64,000 nucleotides of DNA from an uncultured Oscillospiraceae bacterium (GCA_964485815.1 CAZAJX010000004.1:2417-66416), one strand, 5' to 3'; shown: positions 29,408 to 38,341, counted from the first letter of the stretch. Numbers and translations: made by a program. Notes: generated by a model from the sequence alone, not told the origin.

Positions 29408-30757
29408 ATGCGCTTTTGGCACAAAATATATATATTAACGCTGTTGCTCTTTCTGATTTGTCTTAATACGGGAATTATGACGCTTGCCGTTTATACTTAT
29501 CAAAAAAACGTTGAATCCATAGAAGCGTCTGCGACCGCGGAACAGCATTATATCACCCGTTCTTTTGAAAACGATTATCAATCTATGCTTGATGCAGGCG
29601 GAATGGCGAACCCTTCGCTTTTGATGCAGTCATACGGAAATCACTATGAAAGCAAAGGAATATATTTGTCTTTTGAAAAGGACGGTAAAAGCATATATTC
29701 AAATTTTAATCGTGAGTATTCGGTCGGCAAAAACAGCATAGTGCAAAAAAAGATCGATGGTATCCGATATATTTTTATATCTTCAAAGATATGTAACGGT
29801 GAATACGATATAGTTTATGTAAAAAGCGTTTCCGAATTGGACATCGAGTTCAAAACTCTTATGGCGGTATACATCTTGACTGCCCTTGTCGTTTCCGTCT
29901 TTCTTGCGTTAAGCTTGTTTCTTGTGTTAAAACGCTTGTCCGTTCCCTTGGACAAGCTGCGTTTAACCACAGAAAAAATAGAAAAAGGCGATTTCTCTGT
30001 CAGAGCGGAGGAGAAGGGCAAGGATGAATTCGCTCTCCTCGCAAGAAGCTTTAATGAAATGCTTTCAAAAATCAACGAGCAAATGAGCTTTTTGGAAATA
30101 GACGCCGAAAAAAAGCAAATGCTTGTTGAAAATATGGCGCACGAATTGCGAACGCCCCTCACAAGTATACACGGCTATGCGGAATATTTGGAAAAAGCGG
30201 CTTCAACCGAAGAAGAACGCATACTTGCGGCAAAATATATTGTTTCCGAAGCATCCCGTCTTAAAAAAATATCCGATATTTTGCTTGATACGGCTTATGT
30301 CCGCGAAAATCGCTTTGAATATACAGAAGTATCCTTGGGGGAATTAGTGTCCGATACGGTATACCGTCTTTCCCGTAAAGCCGAAGAAAACGGCATAACT
30401 CTTGAGGCGGATATTACGGAATGCAGTGTTAACGGAGAAAAAACGTTGCTGTCTATGCTGCTTTACAATCTGGCAGAAAACGGTATTAAAGCGTGTAAAA
30501 CGGGAGGAAAAGTTAAAATTTGCTGCGCCCGCCATCGTTTAACGGTGGAGGACGACGGAAAAGGTATGACACCCGAACAGCTTACTCATATTACCGAGCC
30601 CTTCTACCGTACCGATAAATCCCGTTCTCGCTCTGAGGGCGGGGCAGGTCTGGGGCTGGCATTGTGCAAACAGATAGCGGAGGCGCATAATGCGGTTATG
30701 ACCTTTGAATCGGTTCCCGAAAAAGGTACGAAAATTACGGTAGATTTTACAAGTTGA
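29408..30757 (+). CDS. sensor histidine kinase (2 TM, ~120-aa extracytoplasmic loop, HAMP, HisKA, HATPase)
   Basis: H-box MAHELRTPLTSI, N-box LLYNLAENGIKA, G-boxes DDGKGM and GGAGLGLALC. Confidence 0.9.
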   Translation: MRFWHKIYILTLLLFLICLNTGIMTLAVYTYQKNVESIEASATAEQHYITRSFENDYQSMLDAGGMANPSLLMQSYGNHYESKGIYLSFEKDGKSIYSNFNREYSVGKNSIVQKKIDGIRYIFISSKICNGEYDIVYVKSVSELDIEFKTLMAVYILTALVVSVFLALSLFLVLKRLSVPLDKLRLTTEKIEKGDFSVRAEEKGKDEFALLARSFNEMLSKINEQMSFLEIDAEKKQMLVENMAHELRTPLTSIHGYAEYLEKAASTEEERILAAKYIVSEASRLKKISDILLDTAYVRENRFEYTEVSLGELVSDTVYRLSRKAEENGITLEADITECSVNGEKTLLSMLLYNLAENGIKACKTGGKVKICCARHRLTVEDDGKGMTPEQLTHITEPFYRTDKSRSRSEGGAGLGLALCKQIAEAHNAVMTFESVPEKGTKITVDFTS

Positions 30758-30802
30758 TTACAACTCGAAAACAACTTAAATACAACGGAGCTTTATTATA
30801 TA
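30755..30802 (+). promoter_or_regulatory. three 11-bp-phased repeats (TGATTACAACT, CGAAAACAACT, TAAATACAACG), 6-nt spacer, TATTATATA; candidate response-regulator-dependent promoter of the lipoprotein gene
   Basis: Repeats at 30755-30765, 30766-30776 and 30777-30787; the first overlaps the kinase stop codon. GAGCTT spacer, then TATTAT at 30794-30799. An 11-nt string TTTATTATATA is shared with 28723-28734. Confidence 0.5.
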
Positions 30803-30851
30803 TTTGCAGACGAAAAAACTGCAAATATTTTCCGAAACGGAGGAAATCATT

Positions 30852-32435
30852 TTGAAAAGCAACAAAAGAACAGTAATTGTTGCATTGTGTCTTGTTTTGG
30901 CTTCTGTGTTGACACTTACCGGATGTATGTATGCCCTCGCCGCAGAAACCGGTGATGAAAAGCCTTATACATCAGAAGATTTTGAAAACAGCTTTGGCGA
31001 TGCGGTTATCGAAGATGCTCCCGTATCCCAGGACTCAATGCAAGAAAAACACGGAGCATACCTGCACGTTTCCGAAGACGGCAAAAAAGTTACCGTTTTC
31101 AGCGACACACAGTTGGAGGAATTGCTTTCCGTTAGAGCAAGCGGTAAAAGAAACGCCGTCACATATGATGATATTCTTTATGTCATTAATGATTCCGTGC
31201 GTATTTATTCTACCTATGACACCGTAGTTTTGAATGCGGATCTTGCAAAACAGTTGGATCTTAACGTATTTACCTGCACCGATACCGGTGTTATCACTAC
31301 CTGCGAGCCCGATTCCGATATCAACTACAGCAAGATGGTAAGAGATATATATTCCATAATCGTTTACCGTCTGTATGCCCTTGATTCAGGCTTTACCCAT
31401 ATGTATTTCGGCTCTTTGTGGAATCACGAAACTCTTAGTGCTGAGCATATGTTCAGCTACGAAGGCGACGGTATTAACGATCGTGAGAATTTCTTTAAGA
31501 CCAAAAACTGGTTTGTACTTTCGCTTGACGGCGGCACCGAGATCGGCACCGAATATAATCAGAAATTATCCTCGGATTACTCTGCCATCGCTTCCGAGCA
31601 TATGGCTATGTCAAATCCCGATCCCGATTTCGTATTTGATTTTGAGGGTAATTCCATTTCCGCGCCTTACTTTATAATCGAAGCGCCTCTTGTGGAAGAT
31701 CCTTATAACTACAGATACGTCGATTCATATAAAATGTACCACATAGGCGAAGACGCCTCCACCTATACAACTTTGTACCCCACTGCGGAAATCAATTCTT
31801 TCAAGCGGGAAGGTTATTTTGACAGAGTTTTCAATTTCCCTGTTGAAAGCGTTACCATTCACGCAGGCGATTACTCCCAGTATCAGGTATGCTCCGAGCT
31901 TTCCGAAGAAGACAAGGCTGCCCTTATCGCCATTCTTAATTGTGATACACCTTGGGAAAGCGGACTTTCTCTCGATCCTGTTATATGCAGATTCAATCTG
32001 GACGGAGCGGGCTTCAATTACAGAGATGGATTTATTTATTCCACTTCACGCACCTATCTGCCTCTTACCGAGGAACAGAACGAAATAGTTGCCGCTATCG
32101 TGGAAAAATACGATAATTATTTCGAAGTTTACCACGGCGAGATCAAAGATATCGAATTTTATCCCTTTAATCCTTTCGTTCAGGATGAATTGGTTTGGGC
32201 AACAGATATCACCGAAGAAGAGTTTAACAGAATATGCGAAATTCTTACCCGCGATGAGCCTTGGCAAAAGCGTGATTACGATTCCCACGAGATCACCGCA
32301 CGGCTTACGATAAACGGACGGGGCTTTAACTACAGTGTAGACAGAATCTACGATACCGCAGGCGGTATGCTTCTCCTTACCGAAGAAGAATGCGCGTTCT
32401 TTGATTCACTCATAGAAAAATATAATAACGACTGA
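30852..32435 (+). CDS. hypothetical lipoprotein with two C-terminal ~75-aa repeat modules; no family recognised
   Basis: ORF 30804 trimmed to TTG 30852, which lies 8 nt after GGAGG (30839-30843). This gives MKSNKRTVIVALCLVLASVLTLTGC: basic n-region, hydrophobic core, lipobox LTGC. The predicted -10 at 30794 makes the 30804 start unlikely. Confidence 0.65.
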   Translation: MKSNKRTVIVALCLVLASVLTLTGCMYALAAETGDEKPYTSEDFENSFGDAVIEDAPVSQDSMQEKHGAYLHVSEDGKKVTVFSDTQLEELLSVRASGKRNAVTYDDILYVINDSVRIYSTYDTVVLNADLAKQLDLNVFTCTDTGVITTCEPDSDINYSKMVRDIYSIIVYRLYALDSGFTHMYFGSLWNHETLSAEHMFSYEGDGINDRENFFKTKNWFVLSLDGGTEIGTEYNQKLSSDYSAIASEHMAMSNPDPDFVFDFEGNSISAPYFIIEAPLVEDPYNYRYVDSYKMYHIGEDASTYTTLYPTAEINSFKREGYFDRVFNFPVESVTIHAGDYSQYQVCSELSEEDKAALIAILNCDTPWESGLSLDPVICRFNLDGAGFNYRDGFIYSTSRTYLPLTEEQNEIVAAIVEKYDNYFEVYHGEIKDIEFYPFNPFVQDELVWATDITEEEFNRICEILTRDEPWQKRDYDSHEITARLTINGRGFNYSVDRIYDTAGGMLLLTEEECAFFDSLIEKYNND

Positions 32436-32460
32436 TTTTACCGTAAATCCTTTTTGAATT

Positions 32461-32510
32461 ACCCCAACGCAATCACCCCATGAAGCCTAACGGCTTCTCG
32501 GGGACCCCGA
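32461..32510. repeat. palindromic intergenic repeat, copy A (inverted relative to copy B at 60285-60330)
   Basis: Core hairpin CCCCATGAAGCC-TAAC-GGCTTCTCGGGG at 32476-32503. Its reverse complement CCCCGAGAAGCCGTTAGGCTTCATGGGG aligns with CCCCGAAAAACCGTTAGGCTTTTGGGG at 60292-60318. Confidence 0.5.
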
Positions 32511-32515
32511 CAATC

Positions 32516-32563
32516 AACAACGCCTCCCAAAGACATCTTTTGTCCGAGGGAGGTGTTGTTTTT
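32516..32563 (+). terminator. intrinsic terminator after the lipoprotein gene
   Basis: 13-bp stem AACAACGCCTCCC (32516-32528) pairs with GGGAGGTGTTGTT (32548-32560, one G-U). TTT follows. Confidence 0.65.
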
Positions 32564-32576
32564 ATGTAAAACAGTA

Positions 32577-32605
32577 TTGAAAGAATGACAAATAAATGCT
32601 ATACT
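32577..32605 (+). promoter_or_regulatory. candidate sigma-A promoter (TTGAAA-17 bp-TATACT)
   Basis: TTGAAA at 32577-32582, 17-nt spacer, TATACT at 32600-32605, upstream of ATG 32639. Confidence 0.5.
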
Positions 32606-32638
32606 GTAAAAAAGTCAACTCGTATAGGGGCGTGTGCT

Positions 32639-33349
32639 ATGAAGAATGATCTTTCAAAACTTTCCGTAACCGAATATAGCATATTCGCGCCCGTTAACGA
32701 AAAGATCTGCTTTGCCTTTGTTTCCGATCTCCACCATTGCGAAAACGGGCCTGTTATCAATGCAATCGACGCCGTATCGCCGGATGCGGTTTTGGTAGGC
32801 GGGGATTTTATGCACAATATGTCCTTTTACACCAAGGGCTTTGATTTTTTGCGTATCTGCGCAAAGAAGTATTCCGTTTTCTGCTCTCTCGGAAATCACG
32901 AAGGGCGTTACGAAGGAGATATTTACAAAGCGGTGGAAGATACCGGCGCTGTCCTTTTGGATAACACTCACACCGTATTTGAAGATGTGCTTATCGGCGG
33001 ACTTACATCGGGCTTTTTAACCGATAACGTTCCCGATACGGCTTGGCTTAAAGATTTTTCTCGGTTGGACGGATACAAGATACTGCTATCTCATCATCCC
33101 GAGTATTATAAAAAATATATAGATTCCACCAACGTAGATCTTGTTTTGTCGGGGCACGCCCACGGCGGACAATGGCGCTTTTTCGGCAGAGGAGTATATG
33201 CGCCGGGGCAGGGAATATTCCCCAAATATTCTGGCGGATTTTATCACAACCGACTTATTGTGGGACGGGGCATCGGAAATGCTCACCGCATTCCCCGCAT
33301 AAACAACAACCCCGAAATCGTTAAGATAACTTTAATTCCCAAGGAGTAA
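32639..33349 (+). CDS. metallophosphoesterase (calcineurin-like)
   Basis: Motifs SDLHH, GGDF, GNHE, SHHPE, GHAHGGQ. ORF 32585 trimmed to ATG 32639, downstream of the predicted promoter. Confidence 0.8.
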   Translation: MKNDLSKLSVTEYSIFAPVNEKICFAFVSDLHHCENGPVINAIDAVSPDAVLVGGDFMHNMSFYTKGFDFLRICAKKYSVFCSLGNHEGRYEGDIYKAVEDTGAVLLDNTHTVFEDVLIGGLTSGFLTDNVPDTAWLKDFSRLDGYKILLSHHPEYYKKYIDSTNVDLVLSGHAHGGQWRFFGRGVYAPGQGIFPKYSGGFYHNRLIVGRGIGNAHRIPRINNNPEIVKITLIPKE

Positions 33350-33351
33350 TT

Positions 33352-33897
33352 ATGGATACTTTGGATATAGTTGCACAAGCTTTAAGCATTGTCGGAATGG
33401 CGTGCAACGTACTTTCTTTTCAGCAAAAAACGCAAAAGCGAGTCATTGCCTGCCAGCTCGTAGGCGCGGCTATGTTTACCGCAAGCTATCTTTTGCTGGG
33501 TGCGTACGTCGGCGCTTTGCTTAATTTTGTTGCTATTATACGTGCTATCGTTTATATGAACAAAGAAAAATTCCGTTCCGAGCATATTTCGTGGCTTATC
33601 GGATTCACTTGTGTTTATTTACTTTCATATGTCCTTACCTTTACGGTCTTCGGCAAGGATTTTACGCTCCTGAACGCCGTTGTTGAGTTTTTGCCCATCA
33701 TCGGTATGTTCGCCACCACGGTAAGTTTTCGTTTAAAGGACGCCGCCTCAGTGCGCAAGCTGGGACTTATCAGCGTTCCATCCTGGTTTACCTATAATAT
33801 CTTCAATTTCTCCATCGGCGGTCTTATTTGCGAGATTTTCTGCTGCTGTTCCATCCTTATCGGAATGTTCCGCCTTGACAGAAAAAGAACTAAATAA
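33352..33897 (+). CDS. YgjV family inner membrane protein
   Basis: 181 aa, about 5-6 TM helices, with a pattern resembling E. coli YgjV. Starts 2 nt after the phosphoesterase gene. Confidence 0.6.
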   Translation: MDTLDIVAQALSIVGMACNVLSFQQKTQKRVIACQLVGAAMFTASYLLLGAYVGALLNFVAIIRAIVYMNKEKFRSEHISWLIGFTCVYLLSYVLTFTVFGKDFTLLNAVVEFLPIIGMFATTVSFRLKDAASVRKLGLISVPSWFTYNIFNFSIGGLICEIFCCCSILIGMFRLDRKRTK

Positions 33898-33914
33898 AAT
33901 CACACCGACAAATC

Positions 33915-33944
33915 AAAAGCTGTCCCTTTGAGGACAGCTTTTTT
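33915..33944. terminator. bidirectional intrinsic terminator between the convergent ygjV-like gene and hisIE
   Basis: Stem AAAAGCTGTCC (33915-33925) pairs with GGACAGCTTTT (33932-33942). An A-run and a T-run lie on either side. Confidence 0.7.
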
Positions 33945-33950
33945 ACGTTA

Positions 33951-34601
33951 TCAAGTCATTTTTTCCTGTTTAACTTTATGGTCTATAACGTGGCGGGAAG
34001 CAAGCTCGGTTTTTATGTCATCGACAGTTATTCCCATCTCTGTCATAAGCACCATAACGTGGTAGGCGAGATCGGCAATTTCATATACCGTGTCCCGCTT
34101 GTCGTCAGCCTTTGCGGCGATAATGACTTCGGTGGTTTCCTCGCCAACCTTTTTAAGAATTTTATCAATTCCTTTTTGGAAAAGATATGTGGTATACGAG
34201 CCTTCGGGAAGCTTTTCTTTTCTGTCAAGAAGCAGATTGTACAGCCCTTCCATGGAAAAAGCATCCGCCTCCTCGGAAATGAGCAGGGGAGTGTTGAAGC
34301 AGGATACCGTTCCCGTATGGCAGGCGGGACCGTCCTTGTTCACTTTTACTACCAAAGCGTCCATATCGCAATCTGCGGTTACAGAAACTATATGCTGGTA
34401 GTTTCCGCTGGTTTCGCCCTTAAGCCACAGACATTGTCTGGAACGGCTGTAAAAGCAGGTAAGCCGCTTTTCCAAAGATATTTCAAGACTTTCCTTGTTC
34501 ATATACGCCAATGTCAGCACCTGACCGCTTGTGTTATCCACAACGATTGCGGGAATAAGCCCGTCTTTGTCAAATTTAAGCTGTTCGATATTTGTCATCA
34601 C
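33951..34601 (-). CDS. hisIE: bifunctional phosphoribosyl-AMP cyclohydrolase / phosphoribosyl-ATP pyrophosphatase
   Basis: N-terminal cyclohydrolase region ([16 protein letters not shown]) and C-terminal PRA-PH region ([12 protein letters not shown]); 216 aa. Confidence 0.9.
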   Translation of the reverse strand: MMTNIEQLKFDKDGLIPAIVVDNTSGQVLTLAYMNKESLEISLEKRLTCFYSRSRQCLWLKGETSGNYQHIVSVTADCDMDALVVKVNKDGPACHTGTVSCFNTPLLISEEADAFSMEGLYNLLLDRKEKLPEGSYTTYLFQKGIDKILKKVGEETTEVIIAAKADDKRDTVYEIADLAYHVMVLMTEMGITVDDIKTELASRHVIDHKVKQEKMT

Positions 34602-35356
34602 AATCTCACCTCAATATCATTTTCTCTCAAGGTCTGCTTAAGATCCTGAAGTTTTACTTCTCCGAAATGGAAAATAGAAGCCGCAAGACCTGCGTCAACG
34701 CCGGGAAGCGTTTTAAACAGCTTTATGAAATCCTCTTTGCTTCCCGCGCCGCCGGAGGCGATAACGGGCACGGAAACGGCGTTGCAGACCGCTTCCAGCA
34801 TTTCGAGATCAAATCCGTTTTTCACGCCGTCGGTATCGATGGAGTTTACAACTACTTCACCTGCGCCGCTTGCAACGCATTTCTTTATCCAGCTTATAGC
34901 TTCCATTCCCGTGTTTTCTCTGCCGCCTTTGGCAAACACACGGAAAACACCGTCTACTCTTTTAATGTCTACAGATAATACCACGCATTGATCACCGTAT
35001 TTTCTTGCAGCAGCGCCAACCAGACTCGGGTCCTTTATCGCGCCCGAATTAACGCTCACCTTGTCGGCACCGCATTTTAACACTCTGTCAAAATCATCGG
35101 TGGTGTTTATCCCGCCTCCTACTGTAAGAGGAATAAATATAGTGCTTGCTACTTCCGTAAGTATATCGGTAAAAAGCTTTCTTCCCTCGGCAGAAGCGGT
35201 TATATCGTAAAACACCAGCTCGTCTGCCATATTGTCGCTGTAATATCTCGCCAATTCCACGGGAGAGGAAACGTCTGAAAGACCCTCGAAGTTCACACCC
35301 TTTACCACACGCCCGTTCTTTACGTCAAGGCAGGGAATAATACGTTTTGTTATCAT
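34598..35356 (-). CDS. hisF: imidazole glycerol phosphate synthase cyclase subunit
   Basis: [10 protein letters not shown]-terminus, TIM-barrel phosphate-binding motifs; 252 aa. Confidence 0.92.
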   Translation of the reverse strand: MITKRIIPCLDVKNGRVVKGVNFEGLSDVSSPVELARYYSDNMADELVFYDITASAEGRKLFTDILTEVASTIFIPLTVGGGINTTDDFDRVLKCGADKVSVNSGAIKDPSLVGAAARKYGDQCVVLSVDIKRVDGVFRVFAKGGRENTGMEAISWIKKCVASGAGEVVVNSIDTDGVKNGFDLEMLEAVCNAVSVPVIASGGAGSKEDFIKLFKTLPGVDAGLAASIFHFGEVKLQDLKQTLRENDIEVRL

Positions 35357-36066
35357 TTTGCCACCTCAACAGCGTCTTTAAGATCAATTGCGCCGGTGTA
35401 ATACGCTTTTCCGATTATCGCGCCGTAAATGCCCATTTCTTTAAGGGCTCGTACGTCTTCGATGCTTGAAACACCGCCGGATGCAATAATATCTATTGTG
35501 AACGTATCCGATATCTCCTTGTAAAGTCCGCGGTTTGTGCCCTGCATCGCTCCGTCCTTGGAAATATCCGTGCAAATCACCGCAGAAACACCGAGGGAAG
35601 TCATTTCTTCAAAGAAATCCTTGGCGGTTATGTCCGATACCTCAGTCCAGCCTTTTATGGCAACACATCCGTCTTTCAGGTCAACGCCTACAGCTATCTT
35701 GTTTCCGTGCTTTTCAAGAGCGCTCTGCAAAAACGCCTTGTCGGTTACTGCGGCTGTACCCAAAATTACTCTGTCAACACCTGCGTTAATATAGGCATCA
35801 ACAGTGTTCATGTTTCTTATACCGCCGCCGACCTCAACAAAACCGCCGAATGAAGCGCATATTTTTTCAATAGTGCTTTGGTTTGCGGGAACACCGCTTT
35901 TTGCACCCTCAAGATCAACCAGATGTATATGCTTTGCACCGCATTTTTTAAAATCCTCGGCGACGGAAACGGGGTTTTCGTTGTATACTGTCATCTGCGC
36001 GTAATCACCTTTATATAAGCGTACCGCTTTACCGCCAAACAGGTCTATTGCCGGAAATATATTCAT
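35353..36066 (-). CDS. hisA: ProFAR isomerase
   Basis: IFPAIDLFGGKAVRL N-terminus; 237 aa; lies between hisF and hisH. Confidence 0.9.
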   Translation of the reverse strand: MNIFPAIDLFGGKAVRLYKGDYAQMTVYNENPVSVAEDFKKCGAKHIHLVDLEGAKSGVPANQSTIEKICASFGGFVEVGGGIRNMNTVDAYINAGVDRVILGTAAVTDKAFLQSALEKHGNKIAVGVDLKDGCVAIKGWTEVSDITAKDFFEEMTSLGVSAVICTDISKDGAMQGTNRGLYKEISDTFTIDIIASGGVSSIEDVRALKEMGIYGAIIGKAYYTGAIDLKDAVEVAK

Positions 36067-36072
36067 TTTTTA

Positions 36073-36693
36073 CTAAACCTGCCCTTCTTCACAAAACGCT
36101 TTAAGTATTTTAAGTCCCGCTTCGCCGCTTTTTTCGGGGTGGAATTGGCAGCCGTAAATGTTTCCTTTTTCAACTGCGGCCGTAACCGTAAATCCGTATT
36201 CCGTTACCGCCGCCAAGGAATCCTCGCAGCTTACCGCGCAAAAGGAATGAACGAAATAAACGTAATCGCCTTCGGCGGTATTTTTCATCAGCTTACTGTT
36301 TTTGTTTGAAATATGAAGCTTGTTCCAGCCCATATGGGGCAGCTTGAGTGTTTGAGTATACTTACGCATAGGTACTACCGCGCCTTTTAAAAGTCCCAGT
36401 CCGTCGTGCTCACCGTATTCATAGCTCTTTTCAAAAAGAAGCTGCATACCAAGGCAAATTCCCATAAGGGGAGTTCCGTCAGCCGCTTTCTTTTTTACAA
36501 ACTCATCAAGCCCGCTTTCCCGTAGCTTTTTTATGGCATCTCCGAAAGCGCCCACACCGGGTAATATTAACTTATCTGCTTCTTTGAGCAAATCTTCATC
36601 AGCAGAAATAAACACCTTTTCACCGATTGCGGATATGGATGATGCAAGAGAAAACAAGTTTCCCACACCGTAATCAATTATACCGATCATCAT
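36073..36693 (-). CDS. hisH: imidazole glycerol phosphate synthase glutaminase subunit
   Basis: Class I glutamine amidotransferase motifs (GICLGMQ, FVHSF, FHPEKS). Confidence 0.92.
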   Translation of the reverse strand: MMIGIIDYGVGNLFSLASSISAIGEKVFISADEDLLKEADKLILPGVGAFGDAIKKLRESGLDEFVKKKAADGTPLMGICLGMQLLFEKSYEYGEHDGLGLLKGAVVPMRKYTQTLKLPHMGWNKLHISNKNSKLMKNTAEGDYVYFVHSFCAVSCEDSLAAVTEYGFTVTAAVEKGNIYGCQFHPEKSGEAGLKILKAFCEEGQV

Positions 36694-37277
36694 AAAACTC
36701 CCTTTGTGGATGGTATTTCGTCCTTGGCTTCGGGATTTATTGCCACAGCCTGCTTTAATGTTCTGGCAACGGATTTGAACGCACCCTCAACTATGTGATG
36801 AGAATTCTTTCCGTCCAGCTTTCGTATGTGCAGACTCATCTGGCAGTTTCTCACGAAAGCATAGAAAAACTCTTCTACAAGTTCGGTATCAAAGGATCCG
36901 ATCTTTTGAGTGGGAATGTCCAGATCATAACACAAACAGCACCGTCCGCTTATATCAACTGCGGTAAGTATAAGTGTTTCGTCCATAGGAAGAATAAAGC
37001 TTCCGTAACGGTATATGCCCTTTTTATCGCCTAACGCTTTTTCAAACGCCTGCCCAAGACATATACCGATATCCTCTGCGGAATGGTGAAAATCCACGTC
37101 GATATCTCCCTTGCAGGTAACGTTGAGATCAAATCTTCCGTGGGAAGCAAATAAAGTCAGCATATGGTTTAAAAATCCGCAACAGGTATCTACCGTGCTT
37201 TTTCCCGTACCGTCCAGATTAAGGTACAGAGAAATATCCGTTTCCTTGGTTTTTCTGTTTATGGTTACGTTTCTCAT
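36690..37277 (-). CDS. hisB: imidazoleglycerol-phosphate dehydratase
   Basis: IGPD motifs (DFHHSAEDIG, NSHHIVEGAFK); 195 aa. Confidence 0.92.
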   Translation of the reverse strand: MRNVTINRKTKETDISLYLNLDGTGKSTVDTCCGFLNHMLTLFASHGRFDLNVTCKGDIDVDFHHSAEDIGICLGQAFEKALGDKKGIYRYGSFILPMDETLILTAVDISGRCCLCYDLDIPTQKIGSFDTELVEEFFYAFVRNCQMSLHIRKLDGKNSHHIVEGAFKSVARTLKQAVAINPEAKDEIPSTKGVL

Positions 37278-38341
37278 TACTTTCCTCCAAAAAGGATTTC
37301 CTTTACCGTGTCTGTAAAAACTGACATTTGCTCCGGCGTTCCGACAGTAATACGGTTGAATTCTTTAATTCTCTCGTTTCCGAAATGCCGTACGAGAATG
37401 CCTCGTTCTTTCAGTTTAAGGTATAGCGCTTCTCCGCTTATCAGGTCGCTTTTTGCAAATATAAAATTCGCCTTGCTTTCAAGTACCGAAAAACCGATAC
37501 CTTCAAGCTGTTTCTTGGTCCAATCCCGAGTGGATGCTATCTCACGGCATTTTTCCATATAGTAATCATCGTTGTCTACCGTGGCTTCGCCAAGCTTCAT
37601 CGTAATACGGTTGATATCGTAGGGATTGGTAGAATACTTTATCTTTTCAAGATCTTCAATAAGACCTTTACAGCCAAAAGCGTATCCCAGTCTTCCTCCC
37701 GCAAGACAGCGGGATTTTGAAAAGGTGCGTACTACCAGAAGATTATCGTATTTTTCGGTCAGCTTGTAACAGCTTACTCCGCCGAAATCAACGTACGCCT
37801 CGTCAATAAGAACGACGTTATCGGGGTTACTTTTGACGATCTCTTCGATCTGCCAAAGGGGGAGGGAAATTCCCGTCGGCGCGTTGGGATTTGCGATGGC
37901 AATAAACTTGTTTATCCCCATGTAATCCTTATAATCAACGGTAAAATCTTCTTTTAACGGGATACGGGTAAATTCAACGCCGTGAAGCTGTGAAAAAACT
38001 AAATAAAATCCATAGGTTATATCGGGAAACACAGCTCCGCTTTCTTTTGCAAAAGCAAAAAAAGCAAAATTAAGAATATCGTCCGATCCGTTGGAAAGGA
38101 AAATATTTTCGGTATCCATTCCGTAAAGACCCGCCAGCTTTTTCTTCAGCGCCTTGCAGGTGGGATCCGAATACAACCGCAGATCAGCTATATCGTTTTT
38201 GTTTATCGCATCCAAAACCTTTGGCGCGGGGGGATAAGGGGATTCATTGGTATTCAGCTTTATATATTTCATATCTCTCGGCTGTTCGCCGGGAACGTAA
38301 GCATCCGTGCATTGCAGACGCTTATCAAGAAAACGGCTCAT
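37277..38341 (-). CDS. hisC: histidinol-phosphate aminotransferase
   Basis: NTNESPYPP motif and PLP-lysine motif RTFSKS; 354 aa. Confidence 0.9.
   Translation of the reverse strand: MSRFLDKRLQCTDAYVPGEQPRDMKYIKLNTNESPYPPAPKVLDAINKNDIADLRLYSDPTCKALKKKLAGLYGMDTENIFLSNGSDDILNFAFFAFAKESGAVFPDITYGFYLVFSQLHGVEFTRIPLKEDFTVDYKDYMGINKFIAIANPNAPTGISLPLWQIEEIVKSNPDNVVLIDEAYVDFGGVSCYKLTEKYDNLLVVRTFSKSRCLAGGRLGYAFGCKGLIEDLEKIKYSTNPYDINRITMKLGEATVDNDDYYMEKCREIASTRDWTKKQLEGIGFSVLESKANFIFAKSDLISGEALYLKLKERGILVRHFGNERIKEFNRITVGTPEQMSVFTDTVKEILFGGK

Noticed and set aside
30800-30828. A 10-bp-stem palindrome (ATATTTGCAG-N9-CTGCAAATAT) at the very start of the lipoprotein transcript.
   Set aside because: It overlaps the predicted transcription start, so it may not form fully in RNA. 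I saw no second copy and cannot assign a role. I note it as context for the promoter finding only.
30804-30851. The ORF-track TTG start at 30804 for the lipoprotein (MQTKKLQIFSETEEIIL...).
   Set aside because: It has no SD, it lies at or upstream of the predicted transcription start, and it would place 16 acidic/polar residues before the signal peptide. TTG 30852 with GGAGG gives a canonical lipoprotein signal.
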